Counted from the first letter of the stretch, positions 38,919 through 49,831 are shown. The stretch is DNA of 64,000 bases from an uncultured Pelagibacteraceae bacterium (GCA_902595745.1 CACJRE010000001.1:1281-65280), one strand, 5' to 3'. Notes: generated by a model from the sequence alone, not told the origin. Numbers and translations: made by a program.

Positions 38919-40232
38919 CTAATTGTTAGGTTTAATTTCTTCAACTACTGGCTCAATAGTTTGTTTAGCAGGATCTTCAATAGGTTCAGTTGAAGGATTT
39001 AATTCAATACCAGCTGGTGTAATTGATTGAGGCATCGCAACAAACTGAGAGTCTGGGTTCTCAATAACAGGTCTAACTTTAGATCTATAAACTCCATAAG
39101 CTCCAATTACTGAATGAAAAAATAATAAAAATATAAAGAAGCCATTGGGTCCTACCATTCCCATAAAGATAGAACATAAAAATGGTCCGGCCATTGCTCC
39201 CATTCCAAATATGAATTGCAAACTAGCACCCGCAGCTACAAATTTTTCCTTTGGTATAAAATCATTAGTATGAGCCAGAATTAACGAGAACATTGGAAGA
39301 CTACAAAACGAAAATAAAATTAAAAAAACATAAAACCAAAACTTACTAGTTGCTAAATCTCCAGGTAAATACATTTGTCTTGAAGATAAAATTGCGCAAA
39401 ACGCAAAGAAAGCTGCTGCGAAAGTAACAATTATTATTACTCTTCTTCTATCAAACATGTCTGACAATTTTCCAATAGGCCATTGAGAAACTGCACCCGA
39501 TACAGCAAGTAAAAATGTAACAAGAGAAATTTGAAAAATAGAAAAGTTCATTGTTGCCGCATAAACAGCAAGCAATGTAAATAATGCTGATTGAATAGTT
39601 CCATAAAAAAAAGAACTAACCATTCCAAACGGCGATGAAATGAATACTTCTTGTAAAGACATTGAAGATATTTTCTTAAACGTTGGAGCTTTTCTTTTTG
39701 TAAGTAATATTGGTATGAGAGCTGCTGAAGTAATAATTGAAATTAATATAAATGGTTCAAAGTTAATTGGGTTACTAAAATTAAGTAGAAACATACCAAG
39801 ACCCATAGCTCCATATAAAATGACCATATAAATTGATAAAACACTACCTCTATTTTTATTACTTGCTCGATCGTTTAACCAACTTTCAGCCACTGTATAA
39901 ATAGAGACCATGCTAATTCCGGTTAAAACTCTTAACAAAAACCATACGAAGGGATTTACATATACTGCATGAATTAAAATGACTAATGATGCTATTGATG
40001 CAAATGCTGCAAAAACTCTAATGTGACCTACTCGAGAAATAATTTGAGGAATAGTTTTAGCACCAATAAAATAACCGACAAAATATCCTGACATCATAAA
40101 CCCAGTTGCAGTTAAACTAAATTCTTCTTCTACTGCTCTAACTCCTAGTAAGGATCCTTGAAATCCATAGGCAAGCATAATTGCTCCCATTCCTAAAAAT
40201 AATGCCCATGAATTTTTTAATATTTTCTCCAT
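38919..40232 (-). CDS. MFS transporter (YcaD-like)
   Basis: About 12 TM segments; RVGHIR, ESWLN and GKLSDMFDRR motifs. Confidence 0.85.
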   Translation of the reverse strand: MEKILKNSWALFLGMGAIMLAYGFQGSLLGVRAVEEEFSLTATGFMMSGYFVGYFIGAKTIPQIISRVGHIRVFAAFASIASLVILIHAVYVNPFVWFLLRVLTGISMVSIYTVAESWLNDRASNKNRGSVLSIYMVILYGAMGLGMFLLNFSNPINFEPFILISIITSAALIPILLTKRKAPTFKKISSMSLQEVFISSPFGMVSSFFYGTIQSALFTLLAVYAATMNFSIFQISLVTFLLAVSGAVSQWPIGKLSDMFDRRRVIIIVTFAAAFFAFCAILSSRQMYLPGDLATSKFWFYVFLILFSFCSLPMFSLILAHTNDFIPKEKFVAAGASLQFIFGMGAMAGPFLCSIFMGMVGPNGFFIFLLFFHSVIGAYGVYRSKVRPVIENPDSQFVAMPQSITPAGIELNPSTEPIEDPAKQTIEPVVEEIKPNN

Positions 40233-40289
40233 ATGAATCGCTATCTATTTCTGATTTGTGGCCAAATCAAGTTAATTGTATTTTAAGAA

Positions 40290-41150
40290 CTAAGAATTTT
40301 TCAGCTTTAGAAATGAGTGGATTGCTATCGTTAAAATGATTACTGCTCCACCTTGAATGGTTTCGATGCTTGGTTGCTCTTTAATAACCATCCACACCCA
40401 AAAAGGACCAATGATAGTCTCTAATAAAAAGAATAAATTCACCTCTTCAGCAGGGATAAATCTTGGGGCAATTGTTACCATTACAAAAGGTATGGCAACA
40501 CACATCACACACATTAATGGAACAATATACAAATCCTGATCAACAAGCGTGTAGGTTTCAATAAAAAACATAGCAAAAATAGCAACGAATAATTTCCCAA
40601 CTACAGCTGCAGGCACTAAGTTTTTCTTCTTTGCTGATCTTATCGTTACAGCCCCAATTGCTAATCCTAAAGCAGTAACAAGCCCTAATAAATCACCATA
40701 AATATTTCCCAATTGAAGCGAGTCGTAAAAAATATAAACAGCAGCAAAAAAAGTTATTCCAATTGCAATCCATGTTTTACTATCTGGCATTTCTTTTAAA
40801 AATAATGCTCCTAAAATCGCTGATAACATAGGAGCCATCGCAATCATGACTAATGTATTTGCAACATTAGTGTTTTGAATTGAAACTACAAAGGTAATAT
40901 TAGTTATCGAAAAGGTTAAAATATAAATTATTCCATGATGACCGCTGGTAAATAACATTTTAAAAAAATCTGCTTTATAGATGATCAGCATTCCAATTAG
41001 GACTACAAAAAAAGGAATAGCACCTCGATAAAAAACTAATCCCCAAGTATCCACACTGGATAATCTGATAAATAAACTATCAGGAGTAATGAACATTACT
41101 GCAATAAAAGCTAATAAAGATCCTTTTTTTTGATCAGATAAAGATTTCAT
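40290..41150 (-). CDS. DMT/EamA-family transporter
   Basis: TNVANT and LETIIGPFW motifs. ATG at 41150 likely, overlapping the gshB stop. Confidence 0.8.
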   Translation of the reverse strand: MKSLSDQKKGSLLAFIAVMFITPDSLFIRLSSVDTWGLVFYRGAIPFFVVLIGMLIIYKADFFKMLFTSGHHGIIYILTFSITNITFVVSIQNTNVANTLVMIAMAPMLSAILGALFLKEMPDSKTWIAIGITFFAAVYIFYDSLQLGNIYGDLLGLVTALGLAIGAVTIRSAKKKNLVPAAVVGKLFVAIFAMFFIETYTLVDQDLYIVPLMCVMCVAIPFVMVTIAPRFIPAEEVNLFFLLETIIGPFWVWMVIKEQPSIETIQGGAVIILTIAIHSFLKLKNS

Positions 41151-42073
41151 GCTTTTAATTCTTTCCAAAAAGTTTTTGCAAGATTGATACCTGATAAATC
41201 ATATAATGTTTTTAATCCGGTAGGGGACGTAACATTGATATCACCGTTTAATTTTTCATCGATAAAATCAATTCCAGCAAAAAAAATATTTTCTTTTTTA
41301 AGATCTTTAGCAATTAATTTTGAGATTTTATTTTCTTTTGCAGTTAAATTAATATTAATCGGTTTTGCACCTTTACTCAAATTACTTAAAAAGGAGCCTT
41401 GTTTTGGAACTCTAGATATCGCTCCACATACTTTACCATTGATAATAAATACTCTTTTATCCCCTTTACTGATTTTAGGTAAAAATTTTTGACACATGAT
41501 GTGATCATGTTTTTTAATGAAATTCTTAATTAATTTTGAATTAAACTTACTTAAGAGATGAATATCATTTCCACTATAACTATGAATAGGTTTTAAAATC
41601 ACTTTTTTATTCATCTTAAAAAATTTTTTAATCTCAGTTATATTTTGTGTAAAAATAGTACTTGGCATATATTTTAGATATTTAGCTGAGTATAGTTTTT
41701 CAGATATATTTCTAATTGAGGTAGGATTATTTAAAATTTGAACTTTATTTTTAATAAGATCTAAAATGTAAGTTGCTGAAATATATTCAAGATTAAATGG
41801 AGGATCTTGACGAATTAGAATAAATTTACATTTAGTAAGTTCTAATTTTTGTTTTTTTAATATCTTAAAAAATTTCTTATTTTTATAATTAAATTGGATA
41901 AAAAATCCTGAGGCAATTACTTTTGAATTTATTACTGATAAGTCTTTTGGATCGTAATAGAATATCTTGTAATTCTTGCTTTGAATTTCATTGGCAAGAA
42001 AAACACTGGTGTCAGTTATAGGATTTAATTTTGAAGGATTATTTCCCTGAACAGCAACAATCTTATTTATCAT
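41147..42073 (-). CDS. gshB: Glutathione synthetase (ATP-grasp), divergent
   Basis: RQDPPF, EKL, GDKRV and INVTSPTG motifs; adjacent to gshA. Confidence 0.88.
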   Translation of the reverse strand: MINKIVAVQGNNPSKLNPITDTSVFLANEIQSKNYKIFYYDPKDLSVINSKVIASGFFIQFNYKNKKFFKILKKQKLELTKCKFILIRQDPPFNLEYISATYILDLIKNKVQILNNPTSIRNISEKLYSAKYLKYMPSTIFTQNITEIKKFFKMNKKVILKPIHSYSGNDIHLLSKFNSKLIKNFIKKHDHIMCQKFLPKISKGDKRVFIINGKVCGAISRVPKQGSFLSNLSKGAKPININLTAKENKISKLIAKDLKKENIFFAGIDFIDEKLNGDINVTSPTGLKTLYDLSGINLAKTFWKELKA

Positions 42074-43358
42074 ATAATTCACTTAAATCTTCAGTTTTAG
42101 AAAATTTACTAATCATATGATCTGCGTTAGTTGTTTTATTATCAATTATTTTATTTAAATGATTTAAAAATAAAGTTTCATTTTTACCGTGTTTACTAAT
42201 TATATCTCTTTGCTCTAATCCCTTCTTTGATAAATTTAATAATGTTTTAGACCAATAAAGAAGATCTTTGCCCATCAGTTGAGTGTTAAATCCTTTTTGA
42301 GGAGCTTCAAGATATGCATTGATAATTTTGTCTTTATCCCACTTTGAAATAATTTCATAAGTCTCGTCTAGATTTCCATACAACATCCCAATATAAAAAG
42401 CTGGTCCAGAACATAAGCAATCCCAGCCACAAGTATCCATTGAACGAAGTTCAATATATTTTTTTAATCTATTTTCAGTAAAAATTGTACTTAGGTGAGT
42501 AGTTAAATCAATTTCTGTTGGAAGTTTATTTCCTATTTCATCAATCTTACCTTCCATAAAATCTTTAAAGACATATTTTCTTCCAGAAAAATAAGTACCT
42601 TCATGTTGAATAAATAAGATTGGAAAATTTATTACAAATTCTGCATATTTTTCAAAATCTAATTCTTCAAAAAATATTTTAGGAAGACCTCCACGCGATG
42701 TACTTTGCCAAACTTTTGATCTGTAAGATAAATAATTACTTTTTTTCTTTTCAACTATTGCTGAGTTTGCAAATAAAGCAATTGAAATAGGAACTATTGA
42801 ATTAACAATCTTAAATTTTTTAATAAAATCATCTTCTGATTTATAATCTAAATTTAATTGAGTGCCGCATGTTCGATACATCATATCCAAACTAAGCTCA
42901 CCTCCAAGAGGCATATCTTTAGTCATTAACTTATATCGCTGTTTTGGATTGTTTGGAATTTCATCTAATTTTGAAATAGGATCAAATCCAGCACTTACTA
43001 TATTGATATCTAGTTTTTGCGTAACTTGTCTTAATTCAAATAGATAATCTTGAGACTCAGCACAAGCTTCATGAAGATGATTGAGTTTTTCTCCTGATAA
43101 CTCTATTTGGTTACCAGGTTCAAGAGTAATATTTTTTCCACCCTTGTTTAAGCCAATAATATTTTCATTTTCTAAAATTGGGTTCCAGCCAAATTCAAAC
43201 AAGGCTTCGAACATTTGTTTAATTTTTGAATAATCAACTCTTTGGTTATTTTTATTGTTAAAGAGAAACTTCTCATGTTCAATTCCTATTCTAAAATCTT
43301 TTGTGTCTTTAATGCCAGATTTGAAATAATCTATTATTTGTTCTTTTGAAGTTATCAT
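42063..43358 (-). CDS. gshA: Glutamate-cysteine ligase (alphaproteobacterial/plant type)
   Basis: IGIEHEKF, TLEPGNQIELSG, MMYRTC..QLNLD and HLSTIF.E.RLKKYIELR motifs. Confidence 0.92.
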   Translation of the reverse strand: MITSKEQIIDYFKSGIKDTKDFRIGIEHEKFLFNNKNNQRVDYSKIKQMFEALFEFGWNPILENENIIGLNKGGKNITLEPGNQIELSGEKLNHLHEACAESQDYLFELRQVTQKLDINIVSAGFDPISKLDEIPNNPKQRYKLMTKDMPLGGELSLDMMYRTCGTQLNLDYKSEDDFIKKFKIVNSIVPISIALFANSAIVEKKKSNYLSYRSKVWQSTSRGGLPKIFFEELDFEKYAEFVINFPILFIQHEGTYFSGRKYVFKDFMEGKIDEIGNKLPTEIDLTTHLSTIFTENRLKKYIELRSMDTCGWDCLCSGPAFYIGMLYGNLDETYEIISKWDKDKIINAYLEAPQKGFNTQLMGKDLLYWSKTLLNLSKKGLEQRDIISKHGKNETLFLNHLNKIIDNKTTNADHMISKFSKTEDLSELYDK

Positions 43359-43388
43359 TGTTGCTTAGATAGTATCTTATTAAATTAT

Positions 43389-43946
43389 TTAAAGATAATA
43401 ATAAGGTTCTTTTGAAAAAATTTTATGAACCATTGGATAAAATTCATCCAAAGTCATACTTTTATAATTAGGATCAAAGGAAGCTTGGTCATAATTTTCG
43501 CAGAAATCAATTGTTGCTTGATAATGTTCATGATTTTTAAATTTATCTCTAGCATTTCTATCACCACCTAAATGATGTGCACTATAGTAAGTTTGAAAAA
43601 GACCGTGATGTTGAATAATCCAATAAGTTTTTTCAGACACATAAGGTCTTAGAATTGAAGCTGCATACTGAGAATGGTTCATTGGTGCGAGATCATCCCC
43701 AATGTCATGCAATAATGTTGCAACAACCATCTCTTCACTTTCGCCATTTTTATAAGCTCTTGTTGCGGCCTGTAATGAGTGTTCTAATCTTGTAATTTGA
43801 TATCCTTCAAGAGTTGTGGTTTGAGATGCTAAATATTTTAAAATTCTATCAGCTGTTTTTCTTTCAAAATCTTTTTCATATTTTTCTAAGAGTTGGTAAT
43901 CCTCTTTGGTACCATTTTTCATTTCAGTAAAACTTACTTTTTTCAT
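43389..43946 (-). CDS. HD-domain metalloprotein
   Basis: EHSLQ, LLHDIGD, NH, HHG and YDQ putative dimetal ligands. Confidence 0.8.
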   Translation of the reverse strand: MKKVSFTEMKNGTKEDYQLLEKYEKDFERKTADRILKYLASQTTTLEGYQITRLEHSLQAATRAYKNGESEEMVVATLLHDIGDDLAPMNHSQYAASILRPYVSEKTYWIIQHHGLFQTYYSAHHLGGDRNARDKFKNHEHYQATIDFCENYDQASFDPNYKSMTLDEFYPMVHKIFSKEPYYYL

Positions 43947-43948
43947 TA

Positions 43949-45430
43949 CTAATTATTTGAAGCTGTGCTTAGTAAAGATAATTGAGTAATTTTGCTATCT
44001 CCTAGCTCATCAATTGGTTTTACGGGGTAATCACCAGTAAAATAATGATCAGTAAGTTGAGGATATGTGTCATTTCTTTTATCAAAACCAATTGCTTTAT
44101 ATAATCCATCTATAGATAAAAATTTTAAGGATTTCGCTCCAATATATTCACAAATCTCCTCATTCGTTTTATTAGCTGCTAATAGTTCTTTTTTTGTTGG
44201 AGTATCAACTCCATAAAAGTCTGGATGTCTAATTTCAGGACAAGCGATTTTAACATGCACTTCTTTTGCACCTGCATCGTATAACATTTTAACAATTTTA
44301 TGCGAAGTCGTACCTCTTACAAGCGAGTCATCAATTAAAATAATTTTCTTATCTTTAATTGTAGTTTGGTTAGCGTTTAATTTTAATTTTACCCCTAAAC
44401 TTCTAATTTTTTGACTGGGTTCAATAAATGTTCTTCCCACATAATGATTTCTTATTAAACCATGTTCGTAATTTATTTTTAAATATTGTGCAAACCCAAG
44501 AGCTGCAGCATTACCACTATCTGGAACTGGAACCACTATGTCTGCTTCAATATCATTTTCTTTAGCAAGTTCAGCACCGATATTTTTTCTATGTTCATAG
44601 GCAGTTTTATTATCAAGAATACTGTCTGGTCGTGCAAAATAAATATACTCAAAAACACATGGTCTTACTTTTTTAGGAGGGAAGGGCTTGATACTTTCTA
44701 GTTTATCATTTTCAATTAAAACTATTTCTCCATTTTCAACATCTCTTACATATTTTGCACCAATGATGTCTAACGCACAAGTTTCTGATGCAAGAACATA
44801 GCTATTTCCTAATTTTCCAATCACTAGTGGTCTTATCCCATAAGGATCTCTAACTCCAATTAATGAGTTTTGAGTTAACATAACTAAAGCGTAGCCACCC
44901 TGAATTTGAAATATAGCATCAACTACCTTATCAATAGTTTTTGTTCTTTTTGATTTAGCAATTAATTGAACAATAGTTTCTGTGTCTGAGGTTGAGTAAA
45001 AAATAGCTCCATCTTCAACTAATTTTTTTCTCAGTGCAATTGAGTTTGTTAAATTTCCGTTGTGAGCTACCCCAATTCCACCTGCATTTGTATCTGCAAA
45101 AAAAGGTTGAATATTTCTTAAAGTATTTTCACCCGTTGTGCTGTATCTGTTATGACCGATTGCATGGGTTCCTTTAAGATTTTTAAGAACTTTTTCTTTA
45201 TTAAAATTATCACCAACTAACCCAAATCTTTTTTCTGAATAGTATTTTTCTCCATCAAAAGTAACTATTCCACATCCTTCTTGACCACGGTGTTGAAGAG
45301 CGTGAAGACCAAGTGCTGTTAATGCAGAAGCATCTTTTGCATTACTGATACCGAATACACCACATTCTTCTTTTAATTTTGGATCAAAGTTCCTTAATTT
45401 TTTCTTTAGAATCTTGATATGTTTTTTCAT
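43949..45430 (-). CDS. purF: Amidophosphoribosyltransferase
   Basis: EECGVFG, LQHRGQE, GHNRYST, HNGNL and DDSLVRGTT motifs. Exact start uncertain. Confidence 0.96.
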   Translation of the reverse strand: MKKHIKILKKKLRNFDPKLKEECGVFGISNAKDASALTALGLHALQHRGQEGCGIVTFDGEKYYSEKRFGLVGDNFNKEKVLKNLKGTHAIGHNRYSTTGENTLRNIQPFFADTNAGGIGVAHNGNLTNSIALRKKLVEDGAIFYSTSDTETIVQLIAKSKRTKTIDKVVDAIFQIQGGYALVMLTQNSLIGVRDPYGIRPLVIGKLGNSYVLASETCALDIIGAKYVRDVENGEIVLIENDKLESIKPFPPKKVRPCVFEYIYFARPDSILDNKTAYEHRKNIGAELAKENDIEADIVVPVPDSGNAAALGFAQYLKINYEHGLIRNHYVGRTFIEPSQKIRSLGVKLKLNANQTTIKDKKIILIDDSLVRGTTSHKIVKMLYDAGAKEVHVKIACPEIRHPDFYGVDTPTKKELLAANKTNEEICEYIGAKSLKFLSIDGLYKAIGFDKRNDTYPQLTDHYFTGDYPVKPIDELGDSKITQLSLLSTASNN

Positions 45431-45929
45431 TAGGAAATTCTTTTATGAGATAATTACTACCTTTTTCAAGGTAAGGAAAGACGTATGATTGATTTAAATT
45501 TATAGGCCATTTATCATAATTATAGACAATATGAATTCCAGCAAAGACACAAACACTAATAATATATGCTTTAATAAATCCAAAGAAGAATCCAAACGTT
45601 TTGTCAAGCCTGCCAATACCAGTGTAGCTGATTGCCTTACTAATTGCTTTATTAATTAGCAGTATTAAAAATATAATTACTACAAAAATAGCAATACCAA
45701 GCACTATATCGAGGACGTACTCACTGTCGATTATATCTTTGAAATAAGGTTTAACTCTAGGAAATAAAATTAAAGTAATAACATAAGCTACAATCCATTT
45801 AGCCATGGAAAGAATACTTAATACAAAACCTTTACTATAACATTGTATTAAAGAAAATATTGTAACGACAAGATACAAAAAATCAATTACCGATACTTCG
45901 CCTAAAAAATCTTGAAATGTATTTACCAT
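45384..45929 (-). CDS. cvpA: CvpA family membrane protein
   Basis: KGFV and LDKTFGFFFG motifs; canonical position upstream of purF. Confidence 0.85.
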   Translation of the reverse strand: MVNTFQDFLGEVSVIDFLYLVVTIFSLIQCYSKGFVLSILSMAKWIVAYVITLILFPRVKPYFKDIIDSEYVLDIVLGIAIFVVIIFLILLINKAISKAISYTGIGRLDKTFGFFFGFIKAYIISVCVFAGIHIVYNYDKWPINLNQSYVFPYLEKGSNYLIKEFPNEKTYQDSKEKIKEL

Positions 45930-45934
45930 TTAGA

Positions 45935-48325
45935 TCATTTACTAAAAGGTTTAACAATTAAAATCAAAGATGGCAATAAAGTTAAAACGGAAATCATAGC
46001 AAGAAGCATTGCAATACCCGTAAATACTCCAAAGTAAATTGTTGGGATAAACTTTGATAAAACTAAAATTGAAAAACCAAAGACAATAGTGATAGATGTA
46101 TTGAATATAGCAACACCAACAGTTGAGTGGCATTTTTTAAGAGTTTTGTTGTAATCTTTAATCCTACTGAACTCTTCTTTAAATCTATAAATATAATGAA
46201 TACTATTATCTACCGCAATTCCAATAGTTATCGCTGCTATTGTAATTGTCATCATGTCTAAAGGAATACCCAAAAGACCAATAATTCCTAAAATAAAAAA
46301 AGCTGCTATAAAATTTGGAACGACACCAATAAGAGATAATTTAATATTTCTAAATAGAATAATAAACATTGAAAATATTCCTATCATGACCAGTCCTAAA
46401 GTAAGGATTTGTGATTTAAATAAGCTTTGTAATAAATTATTAAATAAAATCAAAACTCCAGCTAATTTAAATTCACTCTCTTTTAATCCTATTTTATCTT
46501 TTAAATCGAAATTAATTTTATTTATTAAATCGTTTCTTCTTAGGTTTTCTTGTGAGTCTATAATTCTTAAGCTAATTCTTGCTTCATTATCTTCAATAGA
46601 TAAATAGGGGTCTATAATTTCTGTTTTAATATTCTGTGGAATCTTAGAATACAAAACTCCCATTTCTAAAGTGCCAAGTGGTTTGTTATTATTTAGTTGT
46701 GTAGCAACTTCTATAATTGAAGAAAAAGATAAAACTTTTCCAATTTGAGGTAGGCTATCTAAGTAATTATGAACTGAAGCTATTTTATCAATTTTATCTT
46801 TAGTAAACCAATATTTTTCATCATTTTCATCCCCTTCATCTCCCCAATCCTCAAATTCATCATCTTCAGTTGACGTTTCTTTATCTTTATTATCAGGAAA
46901 TTTTAAAATAACTTCAAGGGGAGTGGTGCCACCTAACTCTTCATCAATAAGTTTCATTCCCTTATAGATTTCAGTATCTTTATTAAAATAATTAATAAAA
47001 CTATTTTCTACTTCAAGCTTACTAATTCCAACTATACTTAAAATAATAATAATACCGGTTACCCCAAAAATTGTATTTTTGTTATTTAAGGAAAGCGAAC
47101 CTAAAAAACTTGTAACCTTTGAGTCTTGTTCTTTAATTAGAGTTATATTTTTTGTCGGAGCAAAATTTAAAAGAGTTGGAAGAAGAGTAAAAGTAATGAT
47201 AAAAGATGTTATTAATCCAAAAGTCATCATCCAACCAAAATCAATAATTGGTTTTATTCCACTAAAAATTAGAGATAAAAAAGCAAATACAGTGGTTAAG
47301 ACTGTATACAAGATAGGCCAAAACATTTTATTGGTTGTAAGAGATATGATTTCAAAATTATTTTTTGCAGGATAATCTTTTCTTAATTGAAGAAATCGAG
47401 TGCTCATATGGATGTTCATAGCCATAGTTAATATGAGCATTAATGCAATAAAGTTTGAAGAAATAACGGTTACTTTCCAGCCAAGAATTCCAAGTAAGCC
47501 CATCATGATCACAACTGAAAATAAACAACTACTAATTGGAACAATTATCCAAATTAATTTTCTAAAGACAAACCATAAGGTAGCAATAATAAATAAAAGA
47601 ACCCCTAAACCAAAAACTACAATATCACTTTTAATGAAAGTCATCATATCGTCAGCTATCATTGGAATTCCTCCAAGATAAATTTTTCCAACATCACTAT
47701 AACTTTGGATCACTTGTCTGATCTCTAATATATTTTCATGATTTTGTTTTTTTATTTTATCTTTGAGCGTTTCGATTTTTGTTTTTGACAAATTATCAAT
47801 ATTTTTTAATTCCTTATTTTCTTTGATATTAACTATAATTCCGCTGGTATTTCCGTTTTCACTTATTACAAAATTTCTAAAAACAGGACTATTCAAGATT
47901 TCTTTAAAACCACGATCTCTATCAACCCCCTCATCTTTTAGAGTTTTAAAACTTGTTAATCTTTCTTGCAAAGGGGCATCTGAATTATTTAAAAGAGGGA
48001 TATCTAAAAGAGTGATGACACTGTGCACCCAATTTAGACTTTGAATTTTATATTTTAAACTTAACAGGTTATTAACAGAGTTATCAGTTATCATCCCCTC
48101 GTTTGGAGTATAAGTAAGTATCAAAAAGTCTTTTGAGCCATATCTTTCTGTTACCTCTTTTAGATAGGCTAAATCTGGATCACCCTCAATTAACAATGTT
48201 TCAGAAGAGGCATCTAGCCTAAAATCTTTAGAAAAATATCCAAAACTCAGTATTGCAACAATGAGTACGAGAAATATTGTTTTTGGATTTTTAAGAACTC
48301 CATTTTGATAAAATTGAGCAAACAT
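45935..48325 (-). CDS. MMPL/RND-superfamily transporter
   Basis: Two repeats of a periplasmic domain plus TM bundle; GIAVDNSIH motif. Confidence 0.85.
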   Translation of the reverse strand: MFAQFYQNGVLKNPKTIFLVLIVAILSFGYFSKDFRLDASSETLLIEGDPDLAYLKEVTERYGSKDFLILTYTPNEGMITDNSVNNLLSLKYKIQSLNWVHSVITLLDIPLLNNSDAPLQERLTSFKTLKDEGVDRDRGFKEILNSPVFRNFVISENGNTSGIIVNIKENKELKNIDNLSKTKIETLKDKIKKQNHENILEIRQVIQSYSDVGKIYLGGIPMIADDMMTFIKSDIVVFGLGVLLFIIATLWFVFRKLIWIIVPISSCLFSVVIMMGLLGILGWKVTVISSNFIALMLILTMAMNIHMSTRFLQLRKDYPAKNNFEIISLTTNKMFWPILYTVLTTVFAFLSLIFSGIKPIIDFGWMMTFGLITSFIITFTLLPTLLNFAPTKNITLIKEQDSKVTSFLGSLSLNNKNTIFGVTGIIIILSIVGISKLEVENSFINYFNKDTEIYKGMKLIDEELGGTTPLEVILKFPDNKDKETSTEDDEFEDWGDEGDENDEKYWFTKDKIDKIASVHNYLDSLPQIGKVLSFSSIIEVATQLNNNKPLGTLEMGVLYSKIPQNIKTEIIDPYLSIEDNEARISLRIIDSQENLRRNDLINKINFDLKDKIGLKESEFKLAGVLILFNNLLQSLFKSQILTLGLVMIGIFSMFIILFRNIKLSLIGVVPNFIAAFFILGIIGLLGIPLDMMTITIAAITIGIAVDNSIHYIYRFKEEFSRIKDYNKTLKKCHSTVGVAIFNTSITIVFGFSILVLSKFIPTIYFGVFTGIAMLLAMISVLTLLPSLILIVKPFSK

Positions 48326-48345
48326 TAGCTCTTTTATATTGGAAT

Positions 48346-49764
48346 TTAATTAATTTGAGTATCTTTAAATTTTGTAAATCTTTCTTCAAACTCAAGAGTT
48401 ACATTGCCTATTGGACCGTGTCGTTGTTTCCCAATTATAATTTGCGCTAAGTGAGCAACTTCATTCATTTTAGCTTGCCATTCTGCATGTTCAACCGTTG
48501 CTTCCCTTGGCTCTTTTCTTTGTAAATAATATCCCTCTCTATAGACAAACATTACAACATCAGCATCTTGTTCAATTGAACCAGACTCTCTTAAATCTGC
48601 TAGCTGAGGTTTATGATCATCTCTCTGCTCAACTTGTCTTGAAAGTTGTGATAGAGCAACAACTGGAACAGCCAATTCTTTAGCAATAGCTTTTAATCCT
48701 TGTGTAATTTGTGAAATTTCTTGCACTCTACCATCCTTATTGAATGTTGTTCCTCTCATTAATTGAATATAATCAACTACAATCATATCCAAGCCAAATA
48801 ATCTTTTAATCCGTCTAGCTCTATTACTCATAGCAGCAATACTAATTGCTGGTGTCTCATCAATATATAATGGAAGTTCAGCAATATTTTTAGAGGTTTC
48901 TAAAAATTTATCAAATTGTTCATCTGAAATTCTTCCTCTTCTTATATCGTTTGAGCTAATTCTAGCTTGTTCTGAAATAATTCTTGTAGACAATTGTTCA
49001 GAAGACATCTCTAATGAAAAGAAAGCAATAGAAGATTTTTTTCCACTATCTTGTAATTTTTGCGCAGCATTGAATGCAATATTTGTTGCAAGAGATGTTT
49101 TACCCATTGAAGGACGTCCAGCAATAATAATTAAATCCGACTGGTGTAGACCACCAAGTTTATCATCTAAATCTCTTAATCCAGTTGGAACACCAACAAT
49201 ACCCTCTTCGTTTTTATAGGCTGCAGATGCCATCTCAATAGTTTGCTTCATAGCTTCATCAAATTTAATTAATGAGGAATTAAACGAACCTTTTTCTGCT
49301 AAATCAAAAAGTAGTCTTTCTGAATTTTCAATGATAGTTTGACCATTGGTATCTAGCTCATTTAATTTCGCACTATCTATGGTTTGCTCTGATATTTTGA
49401 TCAACTCACGTCTTACAAACATATCATAGATTATTTTTGAATACTCAACTGCCTGACGAACGGAGGTAGAAAATTTTGTAATTTTAACTAAATATTCTGG
49501 AACATTTAAATCATCTTTTTCATCTTCAAAATAATTTTTAAGGGTAATAGGATTTGCAAGCATTCCTTTGTAAATTAAACTTTCAATAGCCTCAAAAATT
49601 TTTTGATGCATTGGATCATAAAAATTTATACTAGAAATTATTGTACTGATCTCATCGAATATATCATTACTGACTAATATTGAACCAATAACAGCTTGTT
49701 CTGCTTCAATGTTATTAGGTAATTCTTTAAATTGATCTTTAACGATACTTAAATTGTTTTCCAT
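48346..49764 (-). CDS. dnaB: Replicative DNA helicase
   Basis: AGRPSMGKT, DYIQL, LSQLSR, DLRESGSIEQDAD and KQRHGP motifs. Confidence 0.98.
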   Translation of the reverse strand: MENNLSIVKDQFKELPNNIEAEQAVIGSILVSNDIFDEISTIISSINFYDPMHQKIFEAIESLIYKGMLANPITLKNYFEDEKDDLNVPEYLVKITKFSTSVRQAVEYSKIIYDMFVRRELIKISEQTIDSAKLNELDTNGQTIIENSERLLFDLAEKGSFNSSLIKFDEAMKQTIEMASAAYKNEEGIVGVPTGLRDLDDKLGGLHQSDLIIIAGRPSMGKTSLATNIAFNAAQKLQDSGKKSSIAFFSLEMSSEQLSTRIISEQARISSNDIRRGRISDEQFDKFLETSKNIAELPLYIDETPAISIAAMSNRARRIKRLFGLDMIVVDYIQLMRGTTFNKDGRVQEISQITQGLKAIAKELAVPVVALSQLSRQVEQRDDHKPQLADLRESGSIEQDADVVMFVYREGYYLQRKEPREATVEHAEWQAKMNEVAHLAQIIIGKQRHGPIGNVTLEFEERFTKFKDTQIN

Positions 49765-49831
49765 AAAATGAATTTACAGAATTATTTTTTAAATAAAATT
49801 TATATTAAAGGTTGGGGAAAAGAATGTATAA

